From a virus, in IMG/VR virus record IMGVR_UViG_3300031521_000011, positions 96,001 to 160,000 of that record: a stretch of 64,000 bases of DNA. One strand, 5' to 3'. The notes below the pieces were generated by a model. It was not told the origin of the DNA and did no database searches. It saw only the letters and a list, made by a program, of their open reading frames with translations. This document shows positions 10,101-19,762 of this stretch, one piece after another. Both the position numbers and the translations under genes were made by a program. The stretch's first letter is position 1. Every line of letters begins with the position of its first letter.

Positions 10101-10678
10101 CAGATAGAAACCTTGGTGATATAGCAAAGGATACTACTCAGGGTTGGTGGATGCTTGGTGGAGGTCTTGGCTATATTGCTGGAGCAATCTTCAATTCAAA
10201 CACAAAGAAGACCAAAAAACTAAATGAACTGAGTCAAGAGCAGCTTTCTGCTCTCACCGATAAGGACATGAGTGGACTTGGCGGGGAAGATCTTATCGAA
10301 AATCTAAGGAGCGGTCTTCGTAATCAATTTATTGGCAATACTGTTAATCCCACAGCATGGCTACAGGACGATAAAATCAAGGCCCTACTACCAAACGCAA
10401 ATGAGTTATTGAATATTGCTAACGGCGATGGTAATAAAGCCTGGTCCACCTCAGAAATAGATTCACTCGTTTCAAAAATAATGGAAGATATCTCTGCTGG
10501 CGGCGCCGGCAAAGCAGAAGACGAAAAGCAAAAAGTAGACAGTGGATCTGTAAAATCCCAAGATGATGCAATGGTTACTCTTGGACAAGAGCATCAGAAG
10601 GCACTGAGCAAATACATGGATACAGTACGTCAAGAGTTCACTGACATACAGGGACAGATAAGCATACTTTCAAAATAA
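7181..10678 (+). CDS. Tape measure protein
   Basis: ~1165 aa, helical and Ala/Gly/Ser/Met-rich, Gly-rich hydrophobic segment, follows chaperone pair; start at ATG 7181 or GTG 7196. Confidence 0.75.
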   Translation: MVVRVVEQGNSMDGALLSVQQQQLDELRSIRAQTASGPFVAGREQTSFSQYSMNTGAAQQQASAQGLFMPTPNVGGIPLSPFTQNMGNSAATYMQQANLKQALFSYDRNRVSRENRDLTGMQAGQNIFQAGLAGAGALGGLGGDALGTSIFGGLGLAGGFAGGAIGGAIGGAVFASAAQEMGVQSGYSNYLFQNSQRFINPYESTNRRYGMGFNNDERSGASSYLRSLSTSRNISDTDMSGILSGAVDQNLLKDVTNLKTFKEKMAKLTDSVKTSALLLNETYQNVTKMMGELERAGVSTGNFDYMMGKMKTLGSFTGMNTMEATNSTLTVSGSKTGTAWNSERQIENSALDLRVMQVLKNGADKNPNGTLGFITNLYNNTEGSTDAEKLSNLTVRANRTMQEVMGNQTFQSAYSGLFNYNDASGKFELDQSAYDRFTSGNMSYADIMGESSKKMTAWSADGKHTGFQWQQMANDTFMDLTDVQKGKLQGTFFSTVGRDTMFGETDQSTIMAGLGIGSTDADRKLFTQLYGTLGSKGNIYQNEMSQEGFNQTMQAKIDSESEGLWQSIKKVFNTMSDKIGDAVEPMRKSMEEAGVTWKDIWNGTHPTNRVQFQDPLNFTDSGATGSAESISKSMNAYISDYQKYGGTTKDLELLDPKGQLSVTGGGVDQYGSKMTGIMKIEDIDYLNNVMNSKAKSTFEQHGALIPALTVDDIAASMNLTFNEGDDKQSITQEAMLRKYSKMIQQLQGGKASGLNDYEIVAGNQALSTMSDALKWMGVDVAPVNNLGYSKEMLATLQNQYGGKTTDYYGALKTQAEKSAKLDLTNNGSDATRNAINSLTADVAATGVAQSKAESDIMAAMSGYSDADSIAARDQISKLMDSIRSGDLAPEDARAQFNALKSSGKASSLYSEVSDKFNLVADKAMAKSSGEAILKTRSEDSSRILGAIKAGGSVASLIGGDAAYNKLLSGATVSTDRNLGDIAKDTTQGWWMLGGGLGYIAGAIFNSNTKKTKKLNELSQEQLSALTDKDMSGLGGEDLIENLRSGLRNQFIGNTVNPTAWLQDDKIKALLPNANELLNIANGDGNKAWSTSEIDSLVSKIMEDISAGGAGKAEDEKQKVDSGSVKSQDDAMVTLGQEHQKALSKYMDTVRQEFTDIQGQISILSK

Positions 10679-10694
10679 GCCGAGGTGATATAAT

Positions 10695-11027
10695 ATGACA
10701 CCGGAAAGAATAATGGTCAGTCTCGCTAAATTATCAGCAGAATCCGAATCTTACAATGATGAGATACAGGGTCTGCTGAATTCAGCATACGCAAATACTA
10801 ATCGGAATACTATTTCAGATCCAGTTTCCGGAGCAAAGGTGTTGTCGGAAGAGTACATCTTTACAGTATCAAATCAGGATTTCCTAAACAATATTGATAG
10901 AATAGAGTATCTGCAGTCGAAAGTACTGGAAAACTGTGCCACAGTGAAGCAGCTAATTGCTTCACTGTCAGTAACACAGTTTACGCCGGTTCAGGCTGCC
11001 GCACTATATACTTCAATCGGCGCATAG
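10695..11027 (+). CDS. Hypothetical tail protein
   Basis: 110-aa ORF with GAGGTGA RBS. Confidence 0.65.
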   Translation: MTPERIMVSLAKLSAESESYNDEIQGLLNSAYANTNRNTISDPVSGAKVLSEEYIFTVSNQDFLNNIDRIEYLQSKVLENCATVKQLIASLSVTQFTPVQAAALYTSIGA

Positions 11028-11041
11028 CATGGAGGTATGAC

Positions 11042-12964
11042 ATGATTTCCTATACAACGGATGTTGATGGAGCTAAATTAGAAGCCAGAATCGTAAACGG
11101 AGAACTTATAATCGTGCAAATGCTCGGATCGGTTGAAACTCCATTCACGAACCCAAATGCATATGCAATGATAACACCTATACCAGGATGTTCGACCTTG
11201 ACATGGGGTGATTTTGCAAGCCCGGCATGTATCAAGGGATGTCTCAAGACACCCGTTTCCACAAACGCCGGCATTCGGGCCAATATAACAATATTGGCTC
11301 AATCGATTGAGGCTCTCGGTAAGAAGTTGGGAGCTACTCCAGTTATTGTTCTTGGGTGGATTACTACTGCTCATTCAAAGCACATATCATCTGATAGCGC
11401 CCAGCTGAATGATCACTTTAATGGTCTGGCTGCGGATGTGAGATTTCTTGATTCAACCGGTAAAGATGTTGATATTAGGATGTTTTATGGTGCAGCCGTA
11501 ACAATAGGTCACTACGACACCTCATCTATAGTGCCAAGTGAACCAGGTACTTTCGTAAGGCCATTCTCGGCAATACTAATTCAGTCATCATTTGTGCATT
11601 TGTCAATAAGCAGCACGGCATCAAGTCAAGCTCCAGTTGCACCTCAATACAAAGGGAGCTTTGCATCCGATTGGGCTGAAGCCATTAACGGTAAATTACT
11701 CTCCGTACCATCTGGAGTGGCAATCCCGACTTCTACAAATGCTAATGTCTCGAAGTTGGATACCCTTGGTAGATTTGGAACATTGGGTGATATTTCAAAA
11801 TATCTCAAGGTAGATGCTGCAACGTTGTATTATATGAATTTCGGACATGCTTGCCCCATAGATACTGATCCAGCTACAGTGTCTGCAGTGCCTCTAACAT
11901 CTGTTTATTATCCGAATACACCAGCCAATGCGTTCTTGCTTGGTGCAGAGACTCACCAGGCTCTTGCAGCAAACAGTGATACTATAAAGGGTGGAATTAT
12001 CGCAGAGTATGCTGCTTCAAAAAGCGCCATGATGGTCATAAGTAGTGATATGGATAAATATGTTGCAGATGGCATGACATTGGCACAAGCAGCAAATGCA
12101 GAGGCTATAGCTGAAGTTTCTTCATTGAAAGGAACAGATGATAGCTATAAATCCGCAAGGACATATGTTCGCACACATGCACTGAAGTCTGTACCATATG
12201 AGCGTGCCTGTTTGGTTGTGACTACCCAAACAAAAACTACATACATAGATTTTGTGCTTAATCCAAACTCGCTCAATATTGGATACTCCAATGTCGTTAC
12301 CCCACAAAAGACTAGCGCTGGTTGGTTTCTGTCAAGACAAGGAGGAAATCTTATCAGCATCTCATTTACCGGAAATCTATTTGATGCAGTGAATATTGAA
12401 GAAAAGCATCTATTCTTAGAGGCGTACAAGCAAAATTGTGTTGACCAGAAAACAATGAGCGACGAGTATGTAAACGAATCTATTGTATATCTGTATATCG
12501 AAGGCGTGAAGTATACAGGATATGTTAGTTCCATAAATCTAGTGAAATCTACACAGCAGCAGGTTACCTATTCCTATTCTCTTTCCTTTATCGGTGTAGA
12601 TGACACATATATGCAGTATAAAATGAAAAATGGAGATTCTACTTCTAGTGATTCTTACTTTACTGGGGATAAGAATACAGATGATGATACTGATCCGTCG
12701 CCATCTGGACATTCCACGGGGGATGTAATTATCAATCCGCCTCCGCCGTCCCATAATCCAGATCCTGTAGTTAAATTCAAAACAGCCAAGGTTACAGCTT
12801 CTTCGCTAAATGTGAGATCTGGTCCCGGGACGAATTATAAAGTCGTAAGTAGCAAGCGCAAAAATGACTCAATAACCATATACGGCACAAAAAAGCCGTG
12901 GCTTAAGATTGACAAAACAAAGAATTTGTGGCTACATGGTTCCTATACGACTTATAAATTCTGA
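11042..12964 (+). CDS. Baseplate/tube-initiator-like protein with Peptidase M15-like N-terminus and C-terminal SH3b domain
   Basis: HFNGLAADVRF...FVHLS (M15 H-x6-D...H), FVLNPNSLNIGY tube-initiator-like region, LNVRSGPGTNY SH3 motif. Confidence 0.6.
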   Translation: MISYTTDVDGAKLEARIVNGELIIVQMLGSVETPFTNPNAYAMITPIPGCSTLTWGDFASPACIKGCLKTPVSTNAGIRANITILAQSIEALGKKLGATPVIVLGWITTAHSKHISSDSAQLNDHFNGLAADVRFLDSTGKDVDIRMFYGAAVTIGHYDTSSIVPSEPGTFVRPFSAILIQSSFVHLSISSTASSQAPVAPQYKGSFASDWAEAINGKLLSVPSGVAIPTSTNANVSKLDTLGRFGTLGDISKYLKVDAATLYYMNFGHACPIDTDPATVSAVPLTSVYYPNTPANAFLLGAETHQALAANSDTIKGGIIAEYAASKSAMMVISSDMDKYVADGMTLAQAANAEAIAEVSSLKGTDDSYKSARTYVRTHALKSVPYERACLVVTTQTKTTYIDFVLNPNSLNIGYSNVVTPQKTSAGWFLSRQGGNLISISFTGNLFDAVNIEEKHLFLEAYKQNCVDQKTMSDEYVNESIVYLYIEGVKYTGYVSSINLVKSTQQQVTYSYSLSFIGVDDTYMQYKMKNGDSTSSDSYFTGDKNTDDDTDPSPSGHSTGDVIINPPPPSHNPDPVVKFKTAKVTASSLNVRSGPGTNYKVVSSKRKNDSITIYGTKKPWLKIDKTKNLWLHGSYTTYKF

Positions 12965-12972
12965 TAGGAGAT

Positions 12973-15900
12973 TTGTCAATGAGAACCATCGAGGCAATTC
13001 CTGGATACTTAATCTTCTTTGACGATATTAGGGTGGACCAGTTCGTTAAAAGCTTCAGTGTGAATTTATCTACTGATGGCGCAATGGGACAGGCCAGTTT
13101 TGATATGCTCTATTTGCCAGATCTAGCGTCGCAAGATTTTCGCGGTGTGGATGATGAGCTTTATAAAGTAATTGACACCATAGACAATATGACAAATGCG
13201 AAGGTGTTTATTAAAAATATCTTTTCAAACAAATATATGCAAGTATTTGACGGCAATATAAAGGGAAAGTCAGTAACTCGGTCACCGAATGGAAACACAT
13301 TGGTGTATAGCGCCATTGACTACATGGGGTGGCTTAATCGTACAATCGTTCCACTCCAAATACCAGTGGCGCAGAGAAAATTCAACCTGGATACTCTGCG
13401 TTGGAACGCAAATGGTGTGGACATCAATAAGGTGTGGTTGATGTCTAATGATGCAACTCTTGGATTTAAGGGCAAGAATGTTAAGCAGATGATGGCGATT
13501 ATCTCCAATCAGGCTCTTGCCAGCAACAAACTTTATTCACAAGACGGAAGTGTTGCGGTATGGGATAATGCCATTGGCCGTATTGATATAATGGGTGATA
13601 TTGATGCGCGTTGGCGCAATCCTGGCATTTTGGATTTCGTTATTAATCCACAACTTCAGAGCGTTCAGTCTTTCTATGTTTTTGCCAACGACCTGGTAAG
13701 CAAATTAATGTTTGAATTCTATCAGGATCGAGATGGAAAAATTCGCATCAAGCCTCCATTCTGGAATCAGCCAGTAATGAAAAGCCATATCATAGATGCC
13801 TCCATGATATTTGAAATATCTGAAAGATGTGATTGGACTCAGGGCAAAACCAGGGTCATTACCACCGGTGGAATTGAGGACATATATACTACAACAGGAA
13901 ATGTTGCCGCTCAAACAATCGTTACTCCAATCAATGTGTATGTTGGCGGAGGTTTTGGTGGTAAGGCATACACTATGTCTAATGTATTTCAGGAAAATCT
14001 GTTTTCAACAGATGGTGGTACTAAGGTTATAGATGGCGGTGGAGATTCTGTTTTCAAGAGTGTCAAGGAAAGCTTTTCATCATTAACCCTTGGTGCGCGA
14101 GCTCATGTTCAAAGGCTTGCGCTCTATAGTCGCGGAAAAATATTGAGCAGCGCTAAAATCGTTGATAATGGATATGCTGCCATCAAGAATAGCCCAACCG
14201 CAGGTCAGACAAAAAAATGGTCTGACATAAATAGTATATGGTTCTCAGATGGCGGAGTCGATACTGGAGCCAATGGACAATATTCAAAGAATATTGTCGA
14301 TACATTTAACTCCATGAAGTTAATTTCGTATATAGCTGGACAAACCGGGCCTTATGACTCAGTCGATACAACTCCATCCGGATATGATGTTGAAATTATT
14401 CCAGCCTCCGGAGACTTTACTAGCAATGGTGCGACTACACAGCAGATCGTTCAATATATTAGAAATAAGACTAATGGATTTGAGTCCATTAGTCTACCTC
14501 GTGTTGATGGAAAGAATCCGTGGTCCACCAAAGAGGCATTTGTGACGGATTTTGTTTCACAGTATATAATTGAGGCTATAGCGGAAAAAATGACACCGGG
14601 ACTCGTTATCGCCCAGGCTCTCGTATCCACCATGACCTTAACGAGTATCGATGTAACGGGTGGTCTTAAGATTATGGGAGACAGCAAGGTTGGTAGTCAA
14701 CCAGAGAGAAAGCTTATCGATGGCGATATGAACTTTGCTTTCCTATATTATATAGTAGAAAATAAAACCGGGGATACTGGCGATACTGGCGATACTGGCA
14801 ATACTGGCGATACCGGAAATACAACCCCAAACAACACCAATAAAGATGTATTCACAAGCGACGGTAGCCCGAGTTCCGCCGGAGCAATGCTTGGAGCTAT
14901 AATAAAATCAAGAGTTGGTGGCGGATATGTATATGCGACAGGATATAATGCAGTCAAGGGTAGAGCTGGAACAATTTGTACTGAATCAGTTATCCAGACG
15001 GCTGCACATAATCATCCCGTGGCATTTGCTGAAGTAATAAAGAAAGGAAAATGGAAAGGCAAGACGATCTTAGAGGTTGCTAGACAGTGGCTTGGATATG
15101 AAACATGGGATTGTTCTGGCTTGGTTACATGGGCTTGCGTACAGATTGGTATACCCAGATCACTCGTTGGGAATTGCAATGCCATATTCCACGTAAATGG
15201 AAAGCATCCTGGTGTTTTAAAAATAATGAAGAATGCCGGTATGGGTGGGCGTATTTCAAATACTGAGCCCGTACAGGTGGGAGACTTACTGTTCTGTCTT
15301 AGTTCTAGTAGTGAATCTCACCACATTGGTATGGTTTCAGATATACAAGGATCCGTTAAATATGTTACTGAGGCATCCAGTACTACGTCCGGAGTTGTTC
15401 ATGGTCCAATGAAGTCTACAAAATGGAGGGTATGGGCCAGATGGGACTTTACCCATACTGCAATGCGTGGCGATGCTGGAAGAGCGTATGCCCCCCCAAC
15501 CAGGCTTGAAATTCCCGCGCTTACAAAGGGCGGTAAAACTGGTACTGGCAATTCGACAGATATAGGTGATACTGGAGATACTGGAGATACAACTCCTGAT
15601 GAAGAAGATGTTAGCAATGTTGCCAATCTCAGTCAATTATTGAAGTGTTCACAAGAAGAACTTCGATATGGCGCTAACGTACTTGAGGTATCTCAGCCGC
15701 TTATTCGGTTCAGTACAATGAATGCTACAGCAGTCAGTGTACAGGGAGCAGATAGTAAATCCATGAGTGCGCTTGCTGCGTATAGTAGGTTTATGTATTT
15801 TTTATCAAATTCAATGACGAGAACTGCATCAGTTAGTATGATTGGTGCTCCATGGTTGCGCCCTGGGTTTAATGCCTGGGTGGATCCAACTCATACTGAT

Positions 15901-17205
15901 AAAATCTATTACATAAATACTGTTTCTCATAGTGGAAACCCACACAGCGGAGTGACAACATCACTCGGCTTAGTAATGGGCAGAACGAGAAATGATTTCG
16001 TTAGCGATAATGCCGATGTGTTTGGGCGTTTGTCTAAGGATAAAACCGACATTGTATTTGTTAATGAAATTTCTAAAACCGCATCAGAATTCGGCCCTGT
16101 TATAGACTCGGCTGCTGCATTCGAGTCTGTAAGGAAAAATCTGGTATCATTTCACAAGGGTGATTCTGCTGTTATAAAGGCGGATAGATGCTCAATCGCA
16201 TCTTTATACATCAATGATAATAATGACTCGACTATCGATAACCAGAACACCAATGGTTACGTTGCCGATATAAGAGGAGTATCTGGAACATTGGAATCTG
16301 GAGATTATTACATTCCGGACTTTACGTCATTAAAGAGGGGCAACTCGGGTGCGTCCGTGAAGTGGGTGCAAGAGGTTCTATCGAAAACAGGATATGATAT
16401 TGGAACCATTGATGGGGTGTTCGATGAGCAGTTAGAGAAGGCAGTAAAAAGTTTCCAGAAAACATTCTCCGTAGGCACATATACTGGAATCGTTGATACA
16501 AAAACAAAAAATGCCCTACTTGGACAGTTGGCTACATACGCTATGCTCGCATTTCCTGAACTTGGAAATGTTTATAATGTTTTCTCTAAAGACTTAAAAC
16601 TTGGCGATTATCTTATTGCCGTAACAACTCTGTGCAGAATAATCAATAGGTATTTCTATAATCTATGGGGCGGCGCCAGTGAAGAAGACTCTAGTTGGCC
16701 AGATCCAGATCCCAAATACCCAAGTGCGAGACTGCCATTACCAATGCCTGATGTACCAAATCCTAATGGCCCACCAAATTCAAAGACAGGCGAAGTACCA
16801 AGTGTTTTTGATGCTATAGTAGGAGATACCTTGAGTCATTATATTCAAGATTTCTTCCTAAATATTCCAATAACAGGGAAACTTGATTATAAAACAAGGG
16901 CCGCTATGTTGGTGGCTATATGTTATATTGGAAATCTCGATATAAGCCGCAGGATATCAAATGAAACCGTAGATCCCAATGTGGCACCTGAGAAGATATC
17001 GGTTCCTACCGGCGCAAAGGTTACGGCAGCATACCTCGGCGGCATGCATTCCCTGGATGATATCCAGAAGACATTGACGGCAATCTATAAGCAATCAGGC
17101 ATGGGTAAGGTTATTAAGGATCGAGGTACCATTATTCGCGCCGGTTTAAGCCTCTGCAAGAAGAATGCATACAAGTATTACATCATGTCATTGAAGGGAG
17201 GATAA
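12973..17205 (+). CDS. Baseplate hub/tail-associated lysin with NlpC/P60 and peptidoglycan-binding domains
   Basis: FEFYQDRDGKIRIKPP and PWLRPG hub motifs; WDCSGLVTWA...GDLLF...HIGMV NlpC/P60; LKRGNSGASVKWVQ...IDGVFD...AVKSFQ PG_binding_1. Confidence 0.75.
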   Translation: MSMRTIEAIPGYLIFFDDIRVDQFVKSFSVNLSTDGAMGQASFDMLYLPDLASQDFRGVDDELYKVIDTIDNMTNAKVFIKNIFSNKYMQVFDGNIKGKSVTRSPNGNTLVYSAIDYMGWLNRTIVPLQIPVAQRKFNLDTLRWNANGVDINKVWLMSNDATLGFKGKNVKQMMAIISNQALASNKLYSQDGSVAVWDNAIGRIDIMGDIDARWRNPGILDFVINPQLQSVQSFYVFANDLVSKLMFEFYQDRDGKIRIKPPFWNQPVMKSHIIDASMIFEISERCDWTQGKTRVITTGGIEDIYTTTGNVAAQTIVTPINVYVGGGFGGKAYTMSNVFQENLFSTDGGTKVIDGGGDSVFKSVKESFSSLTLGARAHVQRLALYSRGKILSSAKIVDNGYAAIKNSPTAGQTKKWSDINSIWFSDGGVDTGANGQYSKNIVDTFNSMKLISYIAGQTGPYDSVDTTPSGYDVEIIPASGDFTSNGATTQQIVQYIRNKTNGFESISLPRVDGKNPWSTKEAFVTDFVSQYIIEAIAEKMTPGLVIAQALVSTMTLTSIDVTGGLKIMGDSKVGSQPERKLIDGDMNFAFLYYIVENKTGDTGDTGDTGNTGDTGNTTPNNTNKDVFTSDGSPSSAGAMLGAIIKSRVGGGYVYATGYNAVKGRAGTICTESVIQTAAHNHPVAFAEVIKKGKWKGKTILEVARQWLGYETWDCSGLVTWACVQIGIPRSLVGNCNAIFHVNGKHPGVLKIMKNAGMGGRISNTEPVQVGDLLFCLSSSSESHHIGMVSDIQGSVKYVTEASSTTSGVVHGPMKSTKWRVWARWDFTHTAMRGDAGRAYAPPTRLEIPALTKGGKTGTGNSTDIGDTGDTGDTTPDEEDVSNVANLSQLLKCSQEELRYGANVLEVSQPLIRFSTMNATAVSVQGADSKSMSALAAYSRFMYFLSNSMTRTASVSMIGAPWLRPGFNAWVDPTHTDKIYYINTVSHSGNPHSGVTTSLGLVMGRTRNDFVSDNADVFGRLSKDKTDIVFVNEISKTASEFGPVIDSAAAFESVRKNLVSFHKGDSAVIKADRCSIASLYINDNNDSTIDNQNTNGYVADIRGVSGTLESGDYYIPDFTSLKRGNSGASVKWVQEVLSKTGYDIGTIDGVFDEQLEKAVKSFQKTFSVGTYTGIVDTKTKNALLGQLATYAMLAFPELGNVYNVFSKDLKLGDYLIAVTTLCRIINRYFYNLWGGASEEDSSWPDPDPKYPSARLPLPMPDVPNPNGPPNSKTGEVPSVFDAIVGDTLSHYIQDFFLNIPITGKLDYKTRAAMLVAICYIGNLDISRRISNETVDPNVAPEKISVPTGAKVTAAYLGGMHSLDDIQKTLTAIYKQSGMGKVIKDRGTIIRAGLSLCKKNAYKYYIMSLKGG
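14767..14820 (+). repeat. 9-bp tandem repeat (GATACTGGC) encoding a TGD/TGN linker
   Basis: TGDTGDTGDTGNTGDTGN; a similar linker near 15565-15592 lies on the other side of the NlpC/P60 domain. Confidence 0.8.
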
Positions 17206-17209
17206 ATTA

Positions 17210-18124
17210 TTGGGTATATATAATAAGCAACAATTTGAGAATACCCAAAGGATTCGGAATATTGAAGGAACAACATTTGTTGATCTGGAGATTTGTCGGG
17301 TTGAGGAAATTGATTCTGAAGCTATGACACTTACCGTATCTCGTCTCTCTAACAGCACGATGCTTCGCAATATACGATTCTGTACTCCAATGAGATACCT
17401 GGATAACGGAATATTTATCATGCCCGAGGTAGGTACATTATGTGTATTGGCAACAACACGCCGGCAAGAGCTGTTTGTCATCAGTTTTTTATCGTACTCC
17501 ACTCTAAAGGATACAGGTGAGGTCCTTGAACCCGGCGAGATAATGCTTCAGTCAGTCGGAGAGGGATTCATCAAACTTGATGGATCGGGGAGAGTCGTCA
17601 TTTCCTCCAGTTCTGGTAGCTTCATTCGATTCGATAAAGATGTCATAGTCGAGGATAGCCTTGCTTTGACATCCAGAACAGCCGCGCGTGAAATACTCAG
17701 CGGCAGCATCGATGGCGTCATCCAGGACATTGAAAAATATTACAATGCCAGCGTCTCGAGCGATGTCAGCCTGGACCAACTCGTTGGAAAAATTCTCTCC
17801 GGATATGATGTTGATGTGGATGTACCCACCCCGGTGCTCATTATTAAGAAGGGAAATGTGCTAAAGGATAATGGGGATCCGGACAGTTTGACGTCTCCGG
17901 CGCTGCCGGCTCCCGTAAATGCATGCTGGTCTTTGGAGGTTTTCAATACAAGCACAGGAATTAGTGCATGTAAATTAATGATTGGCGTAGATGGCTCTAT
18001 CCAATTGGTCGCAAATCGAGTATTATTGAAGTGTAATGAAATGGACCTTACGGAAGTTGTGGCTATGAAGCCGGATTTCTCTAAGTGGGATTCTTACGAC
18101 GATACTTATGAGGGCACCCATTAA
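17210..18124 (+). CDS. Baseplate spike/gpV-like protein
   Basis: OB-fold-like N-terminus (MPEVGTLCVL), LEPGEIMLQS...IKLDGSGRV beta-helix-like repeats. Confidence 0.6.
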   Translation: MGIYNKQQFENTQRIRNIEGTTFVDLEICRVEEIDSEAMTLTVSRLSNSTMLRNIRFCTPMRYLDNGIFIMPEVGTLCVLATTRRQELFVISFLSYSTLKDTGEVLEPGEIMLQSVGEGFIKLDGSGRVVISSSSGSFIRFDKDVIVEDSLALTSRTAAREILSGSIDGVIQDIEKYYNASVSSDVSLDQLVGKILSGYDVDVDVPTPVLIIKKGNVLKDNGDPDSLTSPALPAPVNACWSLEVFNTSTGISACKLMIGVDGSIQLVANRVLLKCNEMDLTEVVAMKPDFSKWDSYDDTYEGTH

Positions 18125-18136
18125 GGAGGATTAGCT

Positions 18137-18979
18137 ATGCACTACAAAGAATATGAGATCGAAAAATTGGCATTGGCCAAAAAAAAATACGACACAGATA
18201 AGGAAAAGGATCTAATAAAGAGATACAAGGATACTAAGGATCCTTTTCTTTTTACTAAAATTCTCTATGAATTCAAGCCTGTAATAGACACGGCCATTCG
18301 CAAGTCTGGAAATCAGGATGTTGGGGATTCTGCTGCAGTTAGAGGCCGGGCATATGAGGCCGTGAAGAGCGCGGTTGAGAGTTATAATCCCAATATGAAC
18401 CGCAAGCCAAGCAGTCACATTCATGATACGATCTACTATGCCCTTAAGAAGGCTGGATATCGTGCACAGAACGAAGCTCGTATGGGCGAGCAGGACACAA
18501 TTGACAGTGGGTATATAAACATCGCAGAAAATGTTCTGAAAAGAGAACACACTCCGATCAATACTGTCTCAATTTTAAATGAAGTCACGAAAATGAAGGG
18601 CAGCAAGGGCTTAAAGAAGATTACCACAGACCAGATCGAGAGAGTAAAGGGCATGCAGCGCCGCAGCCTATCTGGGGGAAGAATTGTCTCTGGAGAAGGA
18701 GAAGATATTCGGCTTGAGGATATTTTCAACACCGGTGGAACACGCACTACGGATATCGTCGAGGATGAATACGACAAGGACATTGTGCAGGGATTCCTTG
18801 CCAGACTCTCTCCTACAGAACGCGGTGTTGTCAAAGATAGACATGGCCTTGGGCCAAATACTCAGCCTGAGATGTCATGGAACTATGTTGCGCTGAATAA
18901 TAATCTGTCAAGTTCCTACATGGCGAAGAGGGTCTATGCAGATGCAATTCGCAAACTTAAAGATATGAGGCGTACATAA
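18137..18979 (+). CDS. Sigma-70-family RNA polymerase sigma factor-like protein
   Basis: Region 2-like (LIKRYK...KPVI...AVESYNP..KPSSHI), region 3 SLS..., region 4 LSPTERGVVKDRHGL...AIRKLK. Confidence 0.7.
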   Translation: MHYKEYEIEKLALAKKKYDTDKEKDLIKRYKDTKDPFLFTKILYEFKPVIDTAIRKSGNQDVGDSAAVRGRAYEAVKSAVESYNPNMNRKPSSHIHDTIYYALKKAGYRAQNEARMGEQDTIDSGYINIAENVLKREHTPINTVSILNEVTKMKGSKGLKKITTDQIERVKGMQRRSLSGGRIVSGEGEDIRLEDIFNTGGTRTTDIVEDEYDKDIVQGFLARLSPTERGVVKDRHGLGPNTQPEMSWNYVALNNNLSSSYMAKRVYADAIRKLKDMRRT

Positions 18980-19762
18980 ATGAGTTATCCAGGTTTGGAG
19001 GCCGGGGAAGTAGCCCCAAATTCTGTCGTTTTTAATATTGCAAGCACGCTGAATAATCAGAATATTCAGTCGGCTTTGTCTTTACTAAATACATGGAATC
19101 CTTCAGACATGGCAAAGCAGAGAGCCGTATTGGCAAGCTACATTGCATCAATTGATACTGAGCTCCAGGGTAAAAAGGAAATCTTACTGCGAATGATATA
19201 TGTACAACATTTGGAGAAAGATTCGTTTGGGACAGTTAATCAGTGGGTGCCGGCTATCTTGCCGCAACTCCAGCAGCAATTTGCCAAAGTAGCATCAAAT
19301 GCTGAGGAGCAGAGATTGCAGCTCGTTCAGATGGGTATGAATATATCACCTGGAAAGACTCCAGATCAATCAGTGACCACATCTACACTCCAGGCGAGGG
19401 AAGTTCTAAATCGCTACACCTTTACTATGAATTACTACAAGGAATTTTCTGTATTCATAACAGACTGCGCCAGTATTATGAAAGAGGTAAACACCCAACG
19501 GGAGTCAAATAGTGCGATTCTGTCCAAGATCAATAAATTAACAGCGTCCACAGCGCAAGCGATAAAAAATATTTTAGATAATCGCTCCAAAGTGGACAAT
19601 AAATTAGCTATAATATCTATGTGCAATGCGATTATCTCAAGACTAAGTGTAGACGGCAAAACAACGCAGTGGCTATGTGAAAAAAGTTTGGATGAAGCGA
19701 AGGTGTGGCTCGATGGCGCAAACATTAAAGTTGATTCATTCCTGTCCCCATATGCAGGCTAA
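18980..19762 (+). CDS. Hypothetical helical protein
   Basis: 260-aa ORF abutting the sigma-like gene. Confidence 0.65.
   Translation: MSYPGLEAGEVAPNSVVFNIASTLNNQNIQSALSLLNTWNPSDMAKQRAVLASYIASIDTELQGKKEILLRMIYVQHLEKDSFGTVNQWVPAILPQLQQQFAKVASNAEEQRLQLVQMGMNISPGKTPDQSVTTSTLQAREVLNRYTFTMNYYKEFSVFITDCASIMKEVNTQRESNSAILSKINKLTASTAQAIKNILDNRSKVDNKLAIISMCNAIISRLSVDGKTTQWLCEKSLDEAKVWLDGANIKVDSFLSPYAG

Noticed and set aside
14767-14820. Short tandem repeats as a possible CRISPR array or DGR repeat
   Set aside because: In-frame 9-bp coding repeats with no spacers; no cas or reverse transcriptase gene in the window
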